From Candidatus Lindowbacteria bacterium RIFCSPLOWO2_12_FULL_62_27 (lineage in GTDB: Bacteria > Lindowbacteria > 2-12-FULL-62-27), in assembly GCA_001784175.1 (NCBI GenBank), contig MFPR01000020.1:186001-250000 (forward strand): DNA of 64,000 bases, written 5' to 3'. The notes beneath the pieces are model-generated. The model worked only from the letters and a program-made list of their open reading frames with translations, was not told where the DNA came from and did no database searches. Shown one piece after another: positions 27,676-37,641 of the stretch; position 1 is the first letter of the stretch, and each line of letters begins with the position of its first letter. Position numbers and translations under genes: made by a program.

Positions 27676-28757
27676 AACTCGCTCGGGATTCCTGAAATCC
27701 TCAGCGTGGGAGACTGGCTGAGCCGCACAACGGTCGCAGGGATCGTCTGACCCAAGGGATCGTAAACGACCTTCACGTCCGGCCGCGTGATCGCCTCTTT
27801 CGGCACAGCCTTCACGATCCCGTGCCGGCCGTCTGACAGCGTCACCCACGTGCCGACGGGGAAGGGCGCAAAAAGCTGGGAGAAAATATCCCGAAGTTCC
27901 GGCGCAAACTGCGGTTCCTTGCTGGACATCAAAACTCCGAGCGCCAGAATGGCCGGCTGCCGGAGCCGGTATGGCCGGTCCGACGTCATGCCGTCAAACG
28001 ACTCACAGGCGCCGACGATGCCGGAATACTGATGAATCTGAGTCCCCGACAGTCCTTTCGGATATCCCTTGCCGGAGACCCGCTCGTGATGCTGGATGGT
28101 CACCGCCCGGGACGTGGCCTTGATCTCCGTGAACCGGCTGAGATACTTGAACCCGAATACCCCGTGCAACTGCATCTTGGACGAGTCGTCTGGCGCGTAT
28201 TTTGTCTTCTTGTTCACGAGTTCCGCAGGAACAAAGGCCTCACCGATGTCGTGCAAGAGGCCGCCTACCACAAGGTCCCGGAGGTGCATCAGATTGTAGC
28301 CCATCCGGCTGCCTACGTACGCCGACAGAACCGCCACCTGGACGGCGTGCTCCGCCGCATAATCCTCGGGATTCTTCACGCCTATGACATCCACAACCCG
28401 CCTACGCTCCCCCATCGCCACTTCGTCCACGATCGCGTTGCAGGCGTCAAAAACCGCCTTGAGATCCAGCCCGGGCGCCGCGTCGATGTCGGTTTTCCCC
28501 CGAATCGCCTGAAATGTCTTGTGCATGAGCCGGACGGCGGAAAGTCTGAGCCCGTCCGATATCAAAGGCCTCGGTTCGATGGACGCGTCCAGCGTATCGG
28601 CGATGACCAGCGTCTTGTAGCCCATGCTGGACAGCCGGTCGACGATGTTGGCGTCCAGCTTGATCCCTGCCGTGAATAGACACTGCCCGTCAAGATTGAA
28701 TATGTGCTCGTACAGAGAGTGCCCGAAATGCGCTTTATCGATTGAAATAAGTCTCAT
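27672..28757 (-). CDS. HD-GYP domain protein
   Basis: LLHDIG, QHHER.SGKGYP, MTSDRPYR, C-terminal FPVGT.V.LSDG. Confidence 0.92.
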   Translation of the reverse strand: MRLISIDKAHFGHSLYEHIFNLDGQCLFTAGIKLDANIVDRLSSMGYKTLVIADTLDASIEPRPLISDGLRLSAVRLMHKTFQAIRGKTDIDAAPGLDLKAVFDACNAIVDEVAMGERRRVVDVIGVKNPEDYAAEHAVQVAVLSAYVGSRMGYNLMHLRDLVVGGLLHDIGEAFVPAELVNKKTKYAPDDSSKMQLHGVFGFKYLSRFTEIKATSRAVTIQHHERVSGKGYPKGLSGTQIHQYSGIVGACESFDGMTSDRPYRLRQPAILALGVLMSSKEPQFAPELRDIFSQLFAPFPVGTWVTLSDGRHGIVKAVPKEAITRPDVKVVYDPLGQTIPATVVRLSQSPTLRISGIPSEF

Positions 28758-28780
28758 TCGCCGATCCTTTGACTGATGGC

Positions 28781-29743
28781 TTACAGTCGGCTTTCAATGA
28801 CTCCTTTTCGAACGACCCCCAAAATCCTGTCTACATCTTCCTTTGAATGAATCTGAATTTCAATTGTCCCTCTGTACTGTTCATCCCTCTTCCTCAATTT
28901 TACTTTTACACCGGTTCCAAGGTGCCTGCAGAATTCCTGCTCCAGTTTCTCCCATTCATTCACGGCCGCAATATCATTCTTGCCATTCCCGGATGTCTCG
29001 GCGTTCATACGCCTTGCTTCTTCCTCAGATTTTCTGACTGACCACGAAAACTCAACAATTTTAGAGGCTAATTCTGCCCGGCGATTCTCATTCTGGACTG
29101 ATAGTATTGCTTTCGCATGCCCAAATTCAATCTTACCGTCCAATAAATACTTCTGAATATCCTCTGAAAGAGACAGTAATCTGAGTAGATTTGATATTGT
29201 TGATCTATCTTTCGATAACTTGTCCGCGATCTCATCCTGTGTCAAATTGAATTTGACCTGCAGAGCCCGAATTGCCTTCGCTATCTCTACAGCATTCAGG
29301 TCCTCGCGTTCAATATTCTCAATTATAGCAGCTTCCAGCATTGATTTATCATCATAATTTTTTATAATGACAGGGATTGAGTCTATATTTGCCATTTTAC
29401 AGGCCTGCCATCGTCTTTCACCAGATACAATCTCGTATCTGCCTGCATTTCTCCTAACAATAATAGGCTGAATGAGACCGTTTTTACGTATTGTTTCTGA
29501 TAGCTCCTTAAGCTTATCCTCATTAAATCTTATTCTTGGCTGATATGGATTCGGTGTTAGAGAGTCTGTCGGCTGATATGTCAGATACTCACCGACTTTA
29601 TTTCCATTATTAGTTATTTCAGTTGCTAATTGACTCACTAACGATGTCTGTAATGATTCCTCTATCGGCGTTATCTGCTCCCGCTGTGGATTCTCCATTG
29701 GAATTAACGCTGACAGGCCCCGGCCCAATACTGCTTTCTTCAT
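28781..29743 (-). CDS. parB: Chromosome partitioning protein ParB
   Basis: LGRGLSALI, PNPYQPR, SGERRWQA, IENIEREDLN, HTH with SRSTISN-like DRSTISNLLRL. Confidence 0.97.
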   Translation of the reverse strand: MKKAVLGRGLSALIPMENPQREQITPIEESLQTSLVSQLATEITNNGNKVGEYLTYQPTDSLTPNPYQPRIRFNEDKLKELSETIRKNGLIQPIIVRRNAGRYEIVSGERRWQACKMANIDSIPVIIKNYDDKSMLEAAIIENIEREDLNAVEIAKAIRALQVKFNLTQDEIADKLSKDRSTISNLLRLLSLSEDIQKYLLDGKIEFGHAKAILSVQNENRRAELASKIVEFSWSVRKSEEEARRMNAETSGNGKNDIAAVNEWEKLEQEFCRHLGTGVKVKLRKRDEQYRGTIEIQIHSKEDVDRILGVVRKGVIESRL

Positions 29744-30593
29744 AGTCCCCCCTTATTGTTACATTTTCTATGTCAGCTTTTTCAATTGTGGCTGACGTTT
29801 CTTCATTGTTGATCTCTATTCCATATAATAGTTCCCTTGCCAGATCCTTGATCGCATGGGCGCCCTTTGACTCCGGCGCATATTGCTGAATCGGCTTTCC
29901 GAATGACGGCGCCTCTGCAAGGCGAATGTTTCTTGGAATAATTGTTTCGAGTACTTTTCCATTGAAGTGGCTCTTGATCTCCGACACAACAGCCTCCGTG
30001 AGTCTCATCCGGAAATCCACCATGCTGAGGACAACGCCAAGAATCTCGAGGCTGGGATTCGCAAAATTTTTGATCGATTCATAAACCTTGATGAGCTGTG
30101 TGATCCCTTCCAGCGCGAAGAACTCGCATTGCATCGGAATAAGGATCTGGTCGGCCGCGACAAAGGCGTTCACGGTCAGAAGTCCCAGGGAAGGCGGCGT
30201 GTCCATGAGAATGAAATCGTACTGGTCCCGCACAGGATCGATCGCCTTCTTGAGAAGGAACTCCCTGAAATCCATTCCGGCGATCTCGATGGCGGCGCCG
30301 GCCAGATTCATGTTCGCGGGGAGAACGGACAGGTTCTCATAGGAAGTCGTGGCCCGGGCCTGGTCCAACGGCAATGCCCGGATCAAAACATCATAGGCCG
30401 TCCTCTCCGCATTCTTGGCAACCCCCAGTCCGCTCGTCGAGTTCCCCTGGGGATCCAGATCGATCAGGAGAACTTTCTTGCCTTCCTCCGCCAGTGATAC
30501 CGAGAGATTGATCGACAAGGTTGTCTTGCCTACTCCGCCTTTTTGATTCGCTACCGCAATGACCTTCTTCACATCCAGTTTTCTTCTGTCCAT
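29619..30593 (-). CDS. parA: Chromosome partitioning ATPase ParA/Soj
   Basis: NQKGGVGKTT, DLDPQGN, DTPPSLG, QCEFFALEG, IPRNIRLAEAPSFG; long C-terminal tail overlaps parB. Alternative GTG start at 30572. Confidence 0.96.
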   Translation of the reverse strand: MDRRKLDVKKVIAVANQKGGVGKTTLSINLSVSLAEEGKKVLLIDLDPQGNSTSGLGVAKNAERTAYDVLIRALPLDQARATTSYENLSVLPANMNLAGAAIEIAGMDFREFLLKKAIDPVRDQYDFILMDTPPSLGLLTVNAFVAADQILIPMQCEFFALEGITQLIKVYESIKNFANPSLEILGVVLSMVDFRMRLTEAVVSEIKSHFNGKVLETIIPRNIRLAEAPSFGKPIQQYAPESKGAHAIKDLARELLYGIEINNEETSATIEKADIENVTIRGDYEESSIGPGPVSVNSNGESTAGADNADRGIITDIVSESISN

Positions 30594-30656
30594 ACTTCTC
30601 CCCCCTTTCCCTTACTTACATACCTCATCGACATCCGCAGCGGTGACCTTGAATGC

Positions 30657-30804
30657 TCGTAACTGTTCAGGTGTTCCCCCTCTCCAGCCTCTGGCGGGAG
30701 AGGGTTGGGGTGAGGGTGGCAGGCTGCGGTCGTCGCTGTCTGTACCCCCCTCACCTCAATCCTCTCTCGCCCCTCGCGGGGGGAGAGGAGGTGAATAGTT
30801 ACGA
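30657..30804. repeat. MITE-like unit: inverted REP doublet inside 14-bp imperfect inverted repeats
   Basis: TCGTAACTGTTCAG (30657-30670) and GTGAATAGTTACGA (30791-30804) enclose REP copies at 30675-30720 and 30745-30791 in opposite orientation. Confidence 0.7.
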
Positions 30805-30805
30805 A

Positions 30806-30821
30806 TGTTCCACGTGGAACA
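30806..30821. promoter_or_regulatory. parS site
   Basis: Perfect palindrome TGTTCCACGTGGAACA between rsmG and parA. Confidence 0.95.
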
Positions 30822-30823
30822 CG

Positions 30824-31492
30824 TCAGTTCAATTTCAAATGGAAGACGAACAGTGGATCCCTTCTGTCTTCGTATCCAGGGATGGGAATGCTGTCGATCA
30901 GGTCACACCCTTGGCCTGCAAGATCATTCTTCGAACCAAAATAAATAATGTCCGTTCCACGTGGAAACTTTTTCATTAATAGGCCATAAATATTCACAAG
31001 TTTTATACCCCTTATCAACAATTCCTCAACACAATCCAGGTCTTTAGTGCTGATATCCTCCAATCCACATGGTATTATTTTTACATTTTTTATGCTTAAT
31101 TTATTGACTACCTCATGTAAAAATGCAATTTTTTTATTATTTCTCTCACATAGTACTATTGATATACTATTTCTGACTAGTTTAATGGTTATACCGCAGA
31201 TACCAGCACCTGAACCAACATCTAATAAGCACTTTTTATCTATTAATTGTGTTGCAATAATTGATGGCACAAGAAGTTTATTATATATATCTGAATAATC
31301 AAGCTTACCTACAATGTTTATCTTAGATTTATACTCATTAATAATGTCTATATATCTTCCAAGTATTTCTATTATTTTCTTGTCCACGACGTAACCGGGC
31401 GATGTAAAGGGGTTAACCCCCCTCTTTCCCTCCTTTAAAGGGGGGGATAAGGGGGGGTCCAACTTCTGTTCACCAGTGGAATTGCTCTTCAT
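30824..31492 (-). CDS. rsmG: 16S rRNA m7G527 methyltransferase RsmG (divergent, AT-rich)
   Basis: IN+VG, LLDVGSGAG..GI, E.N.KKIAFL motifs; directly upstream of parA. True start may be GTG 31387. Confidence 0.8.
   Translation of the reverse strand: MKSNSTGEQKLDPPLSPPLKEGKRGVNPFTSPGYVVDKKIIEILGRYIDIINEYKSKINIVGKLDYSDIYNKLLVPSIIATQLIDKKCLLDVGSGAGICGITIKLVRNSISIVLCERNNKKIAFLHEVVNKLSIKNVKIIPCGLEDISTKDLDCVEELLIRGIKLVNIYGLLMKKFPRGTDIIYFGSKNDLAGQGCDLIDSIPIPGYEDRRDPLFVFHLKLN
30953..30968. promoter_or_regulatory. Second, imperfect parS site inside rsmG
   Basis: CGTTCCACGTGGAAAC with intact TTCCACGTGGAA core. Confidence 0.7.
31415..31459. repeat. Palindromic C-tract/G-tract repeat
   Basis: CCCCCCTCTTTCCCTCCTTT-AAAGGGGGGGATAAGGGGGGG imperfect hairpin. 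Confidence 0.6.
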
Positions 31493-31516
31493 ATCGTGCT
31501 AAGATATCATAATGCG

Positions 31517-32214
31517 ATGAAGAATCAAGATGAGAACAGATTCGTTACAAGCTACAGTAAATATTCGGAGGATGCGATCAGAAATTGGGTTAAATGCCGT
31601 AGAGATAAACGCATTTCTAGATTTTTTGCTGTATTATTAAGGCAGTATTGTTGTCCTATTTTTCAGAAAAATGGATTATACTATGTCCTGGATGCAGGTT
31701 GTGGACTTGGACATGATGCTCAGGAATTTTCAAAGGCCGGTTTTAATGTCGTTGGTGTTGATGCCGTGAAAGAATTTATTCTATATGGAAGAAAAATGGA
31801 TTCCCGATTTCGCGGGAATAACGGGAAGAAAGCAGCACCCCAAGGAAGGGTGAAATTCATTTGTGGAGATTATGCTTGCTCTGATTTAATCACTCCTCTT
31901 ATTCGCCGCCGATTATTCGATCTCATCTGGGCCAATGCCAGCTTGATACATTATCCCAAGAAACGATTGACGCCCGTGCTGAATCGGATGGCGTCGTTCG
32001 TCCGTCCGGCAGGGCTTTTTGCAGGGACATTTTTTCACGGCAAGGGCGAGGGCGTCTATCATGGATCGTTCGTGCCTGGACGCTTCTTTGCACGATACTT
32101 GAAGGACGAACTCCAGTCTCATGTTGAAAACGCCGGCTGGCGCATCCGATGGATCCATACGGTTGCCAATGAAGAACGGCGCGGCCGCTGGATTCAGGTG
32201 ATTGCTGAGAAACG

Positions 32215-32218
<4 letters not shown>
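31517..32218 (+). CDS. Class I SAM-dependent methyltransferase
   Basis: VLDAGCGLGHD, FDLIWANASLIH motifs. Confidence 0.88.
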
Positions 32219-34044
<1,826 letters not shown>

Positions 34045-34105
34045 GGGAGTTCGTAGTACCGAGCGCCGACTTCCGAGCAGAATCGGGGGAACCCAGTACC
34101 GGCCT

Positions 34106-35002
34106 TTATCGTCTCCGTTTCTTGCGGTACCGGCCAAGACCCAGATATCGGCCGATGTTTGCGTTCGGATCGAGGGTCGGTTTGAACCAGCCGCCCGGAC
34201 TGGTCAGGACCGTCTGGACGCCGGGCCCGTGGCCGGCGAGGGAGGAATCGCCGTGGATGACGACGGCGATGGTCACGGCGCCCTTTTTGTAGGACCAGCC
34301 GTAGGCCGACTTGTGGTCCTGGATGGCGACGACGTCGCCGAGCCGGAGTCGGTCCAGGCGGTGTTGTTTCACGACCTCCGGGTCGCTGGTCTGGATGTCG
34401 TAGTCGCCCTTGTAGGAATCGTTGTGGCCGAGTCCTGAGCCCATGAGCGCCCCGGGCACGACGGCGGCAACCGGAATTTGGATATATTTTCCCGTCTCCC
34501 GCATCCGAAGCTTTTTGACGAGCCCGGGATCGATCCCGTGGAGGGTGATGTCGGGATGGTCGACGAGCCTGAGCCCCTGCCCGACGGCGCGGATCATGAG
34601 CTTGTCGTCGAGCGTCATCTTGTCGACGGCTTCGGGCGGGAAATCGACGATGACGTGTTCGACGCCGCCGTGATGCCCGGTCACGACGCCCTTTTTGCTT
34701 TTGGCGGCGCCTGAAATCAGCGTGACGGTGTTGCCGATGCAGGCGTAGGCGTTGAAGGCGCGGTTGGGATTTTCCGACAGCTTGTCGGACGAGGCGGTGG
34801 TCGACACGCAAGGCTCGATGTGGTCCGCGGCCCAGCCGTACACGCTGTCCCCGACGAGGACGTTGTAGGTGATCCCGCCCACGGACGGCAGAATTTTCAC
34901 CTCGCCCTCGTGCGTGATCTCCCACCCAAAACAGCGCGGAAAGATCACGGACCCCTGCACGGCCATCTCGATCAACTGCGATTCGTTCATCTTGAGCGTC
35001 AT
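34106..35002 (-). CDS. DUF4438-like protein
   Basis: LPSVGGITYNV.VGD, DHIEPCVS, ACIGN, VTGHHGGVEH, MGSG.G....GDYDI, GHGPGV motifs. Confidence 0.75.
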   Translation of the reverse strand: MTLKMNESQLIEMAVQGSVIFPRCFGWEITHEGEVKILPSVGGITYNVLVGDSVYGWAADHIEPCVSTTASSDKLSENPNRAFNAYACIGNTVTLISGAAKSKKGVVTGHHGGVEHVIVDFPPEAVDKMTLDDKLMIRAVGQGLRLVDHPDITLHGIDPGLVKKLRMRETGKYIQIPVAAVVPGALMGSGLGHNDSYKGDYDIQTSDPEVVKQHRLDRLRLGDVVAIQDHKSAYGWSYKKGAVTIAVVIHGDSSLAGHGPGVQTVLTSPGGWFKPTLDPNANIGRYLGLGRYRKKRRR

Positions 35003-35062
35003 AAGCGCCAAGCTTCTATCATCGGCCGGCAGGCGTTGTAAACGGGCGATGGAAAGAATCCG

Positions 35063-36292
35063 CTATTTGACTTTGAAAACGTAATCGTACTCGTAGGCGA
35101 CCGTCGTGCCCGGTGGTCTGGCGCAGGAGCGGGAACCGGCTTGGCCGCATTCGTCCTTCCAGAGGAGGGTGTCCTTCAATTTGAGTTCAAAGCCGAACGT
35201 CCAGCCGCCGGCGGAGTTTGTCAGGGCGAACCGGATGTGGTTATCGCCCTTGACGAGGTAATCGTTGATGGGGATCCAGCCGGTTTCTTCCTGGTATCCG
35301 GCTTCGACGATGTCCGTCCCGTTGACTGTGATGGTGGCGAAGTCGTCGACGTTATACGCCCGTACGTAGAGAGGGTCGGTCATCACCCGTTCAGGGGCTT
35401 TGCCGTCAGGATGGATGAGGACCTGTGCCGTAACCGGGAAATGGTCCGACGGATAGCGGCCGTTCTGCGAATCGGCGATCACCGTGTGGGAGAGGACGTC
35501 GATGGCGCCGGTCACGAAGATGAAATCGATGGCGCGTTTTGGGGCGGCAGTTTTCTTGAAGCCGTTGAATGTTCCGGGCGGGCCCGTGGGCGGCATTTTG
35601 GAAATGTCGCGGGCGTCCTTGAGGAGCGGCCGCGCGCCGCCGGCGGTTGTCAGGGTCTGATACGGTTTGGATTCGCGGCCACAGTTGAAATCGCCGAGGA
35701 GGATCGCCGGCGCCGACCCGGAGATTTCCCTGATTTTGCGGATCACCAGCGCCGCACTGCGCTCCCGGGCGGTCTTGCCCCGGTTGTCGAAATGGGTATT
35801 GAAAAAAAACCAGGTACGGGCGGTGGATCGTTCACGCACCTGCGCCCAGCGGACCAGCCGGGGTTCCTGCCCGTCCCAGCCGCGGCTTTTGCGGTCAGGC
35901 GTTTTCGACAGCCAGAACGTGCCGCCGCGAACCAATTCGAAACGCGCGCTCTGATAGACGATGGCGTTTTTCACCCCATAGAATGTCCAGTCCGGCAGGC
36001 GTTTCTTCAAGTCGTCGATCTGCCGTTTGTCGGGTTCCTGGAGGCCCGCCACATCGACCGAGTATTTCTTGAAGATGTCCGCCGCCATTTTTTTTCGATG
36101 AGGCCATGCGTTCCTGCCGTCTCTGGGGGTGTTGTAGCGGACGTTGAAACTCAAGACGCGGACCGCGGCGGCGCTCCGGTCGGCGGCGGCCGCGGGCCCG
36201 CCTGCGCAGATGGAGCACGCGATGGCGATCAGCGCCCAAAGGGCGAACGCCTCCGGGCGCATGTCAGCGCCGGACGGGTGTTTTCTTTGCAT
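35063..36292 (-). CDS. Secreted endonuclease/exonuclease/phosphatase family protein with extra C-terminal beta domain
   Basis: SFNVRY, GLQE, FWLS.TP, NTHFD, LLGDFN, IDFIF, PSDHFPV. Start uncertain (36292 or 36262). Confidence 0.88.
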   Translation of the reverse strand: MQRKHPSGADMRPEAFALWALIAIACSICAGGPAAAADRSAAAVRVLSFNVRYNTPRDGRNAWPHRKKMAADIFKKYSVDVAGLQEPDKRQIDDLKKRLPDWTFYGVKNAIVYQSARFELVRGGTFWLSKTPDRKSRGWDGQEPRLVRWAQVRERSTARTWFFFNTHFDNRGKTARERSAALVIRKIREISGSAPAILLGDFNCGRESKPYQTLTTAGGARPLLKDARDISKMPPTGPPGTFNGFKKTAAPKRAIDFIFVTGAIDVLSHTVIADSQNGRYPSDHFPVTAQVLIHPDGKAPERVMTDPLYVRAYNVDDFATITVNGTDIVEAGYQEETGWIPINDYLVKGDNHIRFALTNSAGGWTFGFELKLKDTLLWKDECGQAGSRSCARPPGTTVAYEYDYVFKVK

Positions 36293-36439
36293 CCGCGAAC
36301 CTCCGCCGTTGGTTTCCCAGAGACTGTCATCTCCTACCTTATCGCAGTCGACCCTTAAAGGTCGGCTGCGGGATTTTCTACGGAGGTTTCGAACTTCATA
36401 TCCTCGGCTATTGAATAAGTCAATTAAGTCAATACCCGA

Positions 36440-36701
36440 CCCCATTCGCCGACCGCCTCACCTTGAGGTCATCGGTGAAGCGACCGTCGAGAAGAGCGAA
36501 CGCTCCGACAACTTGCCGGAAAAAATACTCGCCTTCGTCGCGCGGTCGGAAAATCCGCCGGCCCGGGAGACGATTCGGACCGCGCTATCAGTCCGCAATC
36601 AGACCCTCACCGCGACGTTGCAATATCTTCAGAAGCAGGGCCGACTCATCCGCCATCAAGGCCGCTGGGCCATGCCGCTGATCGAAGCATCGTCCACCTG
36701 A
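36440..36701 (+). pseudogene. Orphan 3' gene fragment encoding a winged-helix-like tail, probable mobile-element remnant
   Basis: PPHLEV...KILAFV...RETIRTALSVRNQTLTATLQYLQKQGRLIR..GRW with no convincing start or RBS; followed by hairpins. Confidence 0.4.
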
Positions 36702-36956
36702 CGGTTTTCCGTTCCGTTCCCGCTCCTTAAGGATGGGAAGGGAACGGAACGCGAAACAAGAAATGTCAGCCGGAGGATAGAGCTCTGCCGAGGGGCAACT
36801 CGATCGCCGCGCCGACGGGCTGTACTGTGGTGAAGGCGGCGTCGTGTCGAAAAGGCACGGCGCCGCCGGATCCTTTCTTCACCACAGGCAGCCCCCAAAC
36901 GCGACAACCCTCGGGGTCCGGGGCAGCGCCCCGGTTACCCATTCATCAACCGCGCC

Positions 36957-37259
36957 TTATTTCGCCCGTGCTTGCCAGTGCTTTGGATGACGACTCGCGT
37001 GGAAGACTGCGAAGACGAACACTGTGGCGCCTTCGAGGCGGTAAAAAATACCGTATGGAAATCGACGGATCAGGGCACGCCGCAAGGTGTTGTGAACATG
37101 GGCATACAGGCGAGGATTGCGCTGGATGGAGGCCAAGGCCGCTTCCACCGACAACAAAAATTCATCCCCGAGGCCTTCACGCTGTTCCTCATACCATTGG
37201 TAGGCCTCTTTGATATCCGACTCGGCTTCGGGTTTGACGATCAGCCGACAGTTCTTTAT
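36957..37259 (-). CDS. RelE/ParE family toxin with non-canonical ATA start (or start-codon mutant)
   Basis: Frame reads (I)KNCRLIVKPEAESDIKEAYQWYEEQREGLGDEFL...RRFPYGIFY...AVFHASRHP; first codon ATA overlaps the antitoxin TAA. Confidence 0.85.
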   Translation of the reverse strand: MKNCRLIVKPEAESDIKEAYQWYEEQREGLGDEFLLSVEAALASIQRNPRLYAHVHNTLRRALIRRFPYGIFYRLEGATVFVFAVFHASRHPKHWQARAK

Positions 37260-37477
37260 CGGCCTGATCGGACGCGCCTCTTGACCTCCGCCCAGGGCGA
37301 CCCTGCTCGCGGGTTCCTACGATGCGCGTCCAATCGCCGATCCAGCTCGTTCTTCTGCGCTTCCGACAGCGGCACGGCTTCAGGGACACTGGCGACGCTA
37401 TCCCAGATGTCTTCGACGAGCTGAATGCGCTCAGGCACACTTAACTTCACTACCTCAGCCGCTGAAATATTTTTCAC
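37256..37477 (-). CDS. Addiction module antitoxin (TIGR02574-like)
   Basis: LSVPERIQLVEDIWDS...ELDRRL...PWAEVK pattern upstream of the ParE-like toxin. Confidence 0.9.
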   Translation of the reverse strand: MKNISAAEVVKLSVPERIQLVEDIWDSVASVPEAVPLSEAQKNELDRRLDAHRRNPRAGSPWAEVKRRVRSGR

Positions 37478-37486
37478 GGTACATGA

Positions 37487-37515
37487 ACTCTATCCCGCAA
37501 CAGCCCAGCCGTCAA
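37487..37515 (-). promoter_or_regulatory. Putative sigma70 promoter of the TA operon
   Basis: Minus strand TTGACG-17 nt-TAGAGT, 9 nt before GTG 37477. Confidence 0.55.
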
Positions 37516-37641
37516 GTTTCATTGGGTAGAGTCGCGGGTAGAGTCGCGAACCCAGCGAGATGGCGCCGATGATAACGCCAAGCACAGTTCTTTCCCCCCT
37601 GACCTTTACACTCTTGGGGTTCCCCTGTTACCTCTAGCGGT

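Noticed and set aside
30950-31960. DnaA boxes
   Set aside because: Only matches with two or more mismatches to TTATCCACA, inside coding DNA; not distinguishable from chance by eye.
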